A DNA stretch of 64,000 nucleotides, from NCBI GenBank assembly GCA_964035545.1, contig CAXIUT010000230.1, forward strand, positions 806,001-870,000. Reading direction: 5' to 3'. The DNA is from Bugula neritina. Taxonomy: Eukaryota; Animalia; Bryozoa. The notes below the pieces were generated by a model, which did no database searches, was not told the origin of the DNA, and worked only from the letters and a program-made list of their open reading frames with translations. The position numbers and the translations under genes were made by a program. Below are positions 61,368 through 64,000 of the stretch, piece by piece. Position 1 is the first letter of the stretch, and each line of letters starts with the position of its first letter.

Positions 61368-64000
61368 ACACTGAACCATATGGCAACATACCGAAATTTA
61401 CTGCGACACACTAAAAAATACTGCAACATACGAATTATACTTCAAGTGGTGCAACATACTGAAATACATTGTGACACACTGAAATACACTGCAACATACT
61501 GCAACATACTGCAACATACTGAATTATTGTGCGACACATTGAAATATACTGAAACATATTGAAATATACCGTAACATACTGCAACATACTAAAATAGACT
61601 GCAACATACTGAAATACATTGCAACACATTAAAATATACTGCGACATACTGAAACATACTGCAACATATTGAAATATACTGCAACATACTGAATTACACT
61701 CTAACATACTGAAATATGCTGTAGCATACTGAAATAAACTGCAACACACTGAAGTATACTGTAATACACTTAAATGTGATGCAACATACTGAATTATACT
61801 GCAACATAGTGCAACATACTCAAATACACTACAACAAACTGCAACATACTGAAATACACTGGAACATATTGAAATACACTGCGACACATTGAAACATACT
61901 GCAACATACTGAAATACACTGTGACACATTGAAATACACTGCAACATACTGCAACATACTGCAACATACTGAAATACATTGCAACACATTAAAATATACT
62001 GCAACATACTGAAACATACTGCAACATACTGAAATACACTGCAACACACTGAAGTATACTGTAATACACTGAAATGTAATGCAACATACTGAATTATACT
62101 GCAAAATAGTGCAACATACTATAATACACTGTGACACACTGAAATACACTGAAACATAATGCAACATACTGCAACATACTGAAATACACTGTAACATATC
62201 GGAATACACTGCAACATACTGCAACATACTGCAACATACTGAAATACACCGTAACATATCGAAATACACTGCAACATACTGCAACATACTGAAATGCACC
62301 GGAACATAATGGAATACCCTGCAACACATTGAAATATACTGCAACAGGCTGAAATAGACTGCAAGTGCTGCAACATAGTGAAATACACTGTGACACACTG
62401 AAATACACTGCAACATACTGCAACATACTGCAACATACTGAAAAATTGTGCGACACAATAAAATATACTGCAACATATTGAAATATACTGTAACATACTG
62501 CAACATACTAAAATACATTGCAACGCATTAAAATATACTGCAACATACTGAAACATACTGCAACATACTGAAATACACTGTGACACACTGAAATACACTG
62601 CAACATACTGCAACAAACTGCAACATACTGAATTATTGTGCGACACATTGAAATACACTGCAACATATTGAAATATACTGTAACATACTGCAACATACTA
62701 AAATAGACTGCAACATACTGAAATATACTGCGACGCCTTAAAATATACTGCAACATACTGAAATAGACTGCAAGTGGTGCAACATACTGAAATACATTGC
62801 AACACATTAAAATATACTGCGACATACTGGAACATACTGCAACATGCTGAAATATACTGCAACATACTGAAATACACTATAACATATTGAAATATACTGC
62901 AACATACTGAATTACACTCTAACATACTGAAATATGCTGTAGCATACTGAAATACACTGCAACACACTGAAGTATACTGTAATACACTGAAATGTGATGC
63001 AACATACTGAATTATACTGCAACATAGTGCAACATACTCAAATACACTACAACAAACTGCAACATACTGAAATACACTGGAACATATTGAAATACACTGC
63101 GACACATTGAAACATACTGCAACATACTGAAATACACTGTGACACATTGAAATACACTGCAACATACTGCAACATACTGCAACATACTGAAATACATTGC
63201 AACACATTAAAATATACTGCAACATACTGAAACATACTGCAACATACTGAAATATACTGCAACACACTGAAACATACGGCAACATACCGAAATAAACTGC
63301 GACACGTTGAAAATTACTGCAACATACTGAAATATACTGCGACGCCTTAAAATATACTGCAACATACTGAAATAGACTGCAAGTGGTGCAACATAGTGAA
63401 ATACACTGTGACACACTGAAATACACTGCAACATACTGCAACATACTGAAATATTGTGCGACACAATAAAATATACTGCAACATATTGAAATATACTGTA
63501 ACATACTGCAACATACTAAAATACACTGCAACACATTAAAATATACTGCAACATACTGAAACATACTGCAACATACTGAAATACACTGTGACACACTGAA
63601 ATACACTGCAACATACTGCAACATACTAAAATACACTGGAACATACTGCAACATACTGCAACATACTGAATTACACTGGAACATATTGATATGCACTGCA
63701 ACACATTGAAATATACTGCAACACACTGAACCATATGGCAACATACCGAAATTTACTGCGACACACTGAAAAATACTGCAACATACGAATTATACTTCAA
63801 GTGGTGCAACATACTGAAATACAATGTGACACACTGAAATACACTGCAACATGCTGCAACATACTGCAACATACTGAAATATTGTGCGACACATTGAAAT
63901 ATACTGCAACGTATTGAAATATACTGTAACATACCGCAACATACTAAAACACACTGCAACATACTGAAATACATTGCAACACATTAAAATCTATTGCGAC
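56060..64000 (+). repeat. Segmental duplication, offset 7522 bp (~56060-56478 vs ~63580-64000; second copy continues beyond the window)
   Basis: ORF twins 56213/63735 and 56268/63790; shared private variants GATATGCACTG, GTAACATACCGC and AAATCTATTGCG. Confidence 0.8.

Larger units (their letters stand above)
1..64000. repeat. Satellite DNA array of 10-bp monomers ACTGCAACAT / ACTGAAATAY (frequent 20-bp A-B dimer) with complex higher-order structure; runs off both window ends
   Basis: Every line consists of these 10-mers or point variants, and columns stay in register over hundreds of bp in the 10-base blocks. The + strand is A/C-rich and G-poor throughout. No unique sequence or large inversion seen. 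Confidence 0.99.

Noticed and set aside
257-63984. Hundreds of minus-strand ORFs (60-375 aa) resembling Cys-rich or membrane proteins
   Set aside because: They overlap in all three frames with the same motif and follow directly from a stop-free 10-bp repeat. Indels are multiples of 10 or 9-mers rather than of 3, and there is no domain-like content.
1-64000. Telomeric repeat or CENP-B box
   Set aside because: No TTAGGG-type G-run repeat on either strand, and no TTCG....A..CGGG CENP-B core seen.
1-64000. Identification with the Parascaris germline-limited TTGCA pentamer satellite, or any other taxon assignment
   Set aside because: TGCAA here alternates with CATAC and with TGAAA monomers instead of forming tandem pentamers. 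A shared 5-mer is not evidence of homology, and no database search was possible.
1-64000. Embedded transposon, tRNA/rRNA or unique-sequence island
   Set aside because: Even the most divergent stretches (AAGGTAACACAATGAAG, GAATGGTAAACTAGTG, GATACCGCAACCTAC) stay in 10-bp register and align to monomers. No terminal repeats, target-site duplications or non-satellite segment were found.

Overview
The whole 64-kb window is one uninterrupted, single-orientation satellite DNA array, most likely eukaryotic heterochromatin (pericentromeric, centromeric or subtelomeric); the organism cannot be assigned from the sequence. It is built from two related 10-bp monomers, ACTGCAACAT (A) and ACTGAAATAY (B), plus many point variants. 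I find no credible gene, RNA gene, transposon or CRISPR array. The hundreds of ORFs are a by-product of the minus-strand repeat having no stop codons. The interest lies in the internal architecture. (i) There is a nested hierarchy of 5 -> 10 -> 20/40 -> ~259 -> 1135 -> ~2-6 kb higher-order repeats assembled as a mosaic of recognisable blocks. (ii) The 10-bp register is kept almost perfectly and slips nearly only at two recurrent 9-bp monomers (AAGTGGTGC and ACGAAWTAT). (iii) Rearrangement junctions fall between homologous copies of a core module anchored on AAGTGGTGC. (iv) Variant monomers repeatedly perfect short local palindromes, and there is one probable micro-inversion, which suggests template-switch mutagenesis or selection for dyad symmetry. 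(v) One variant family flanks a central 31-kb domain on both sides, consistent with layered expansion. All offsets were derived by hand from sequence landmarks and the ORF track; block edges are approximate to a few tens of bp.
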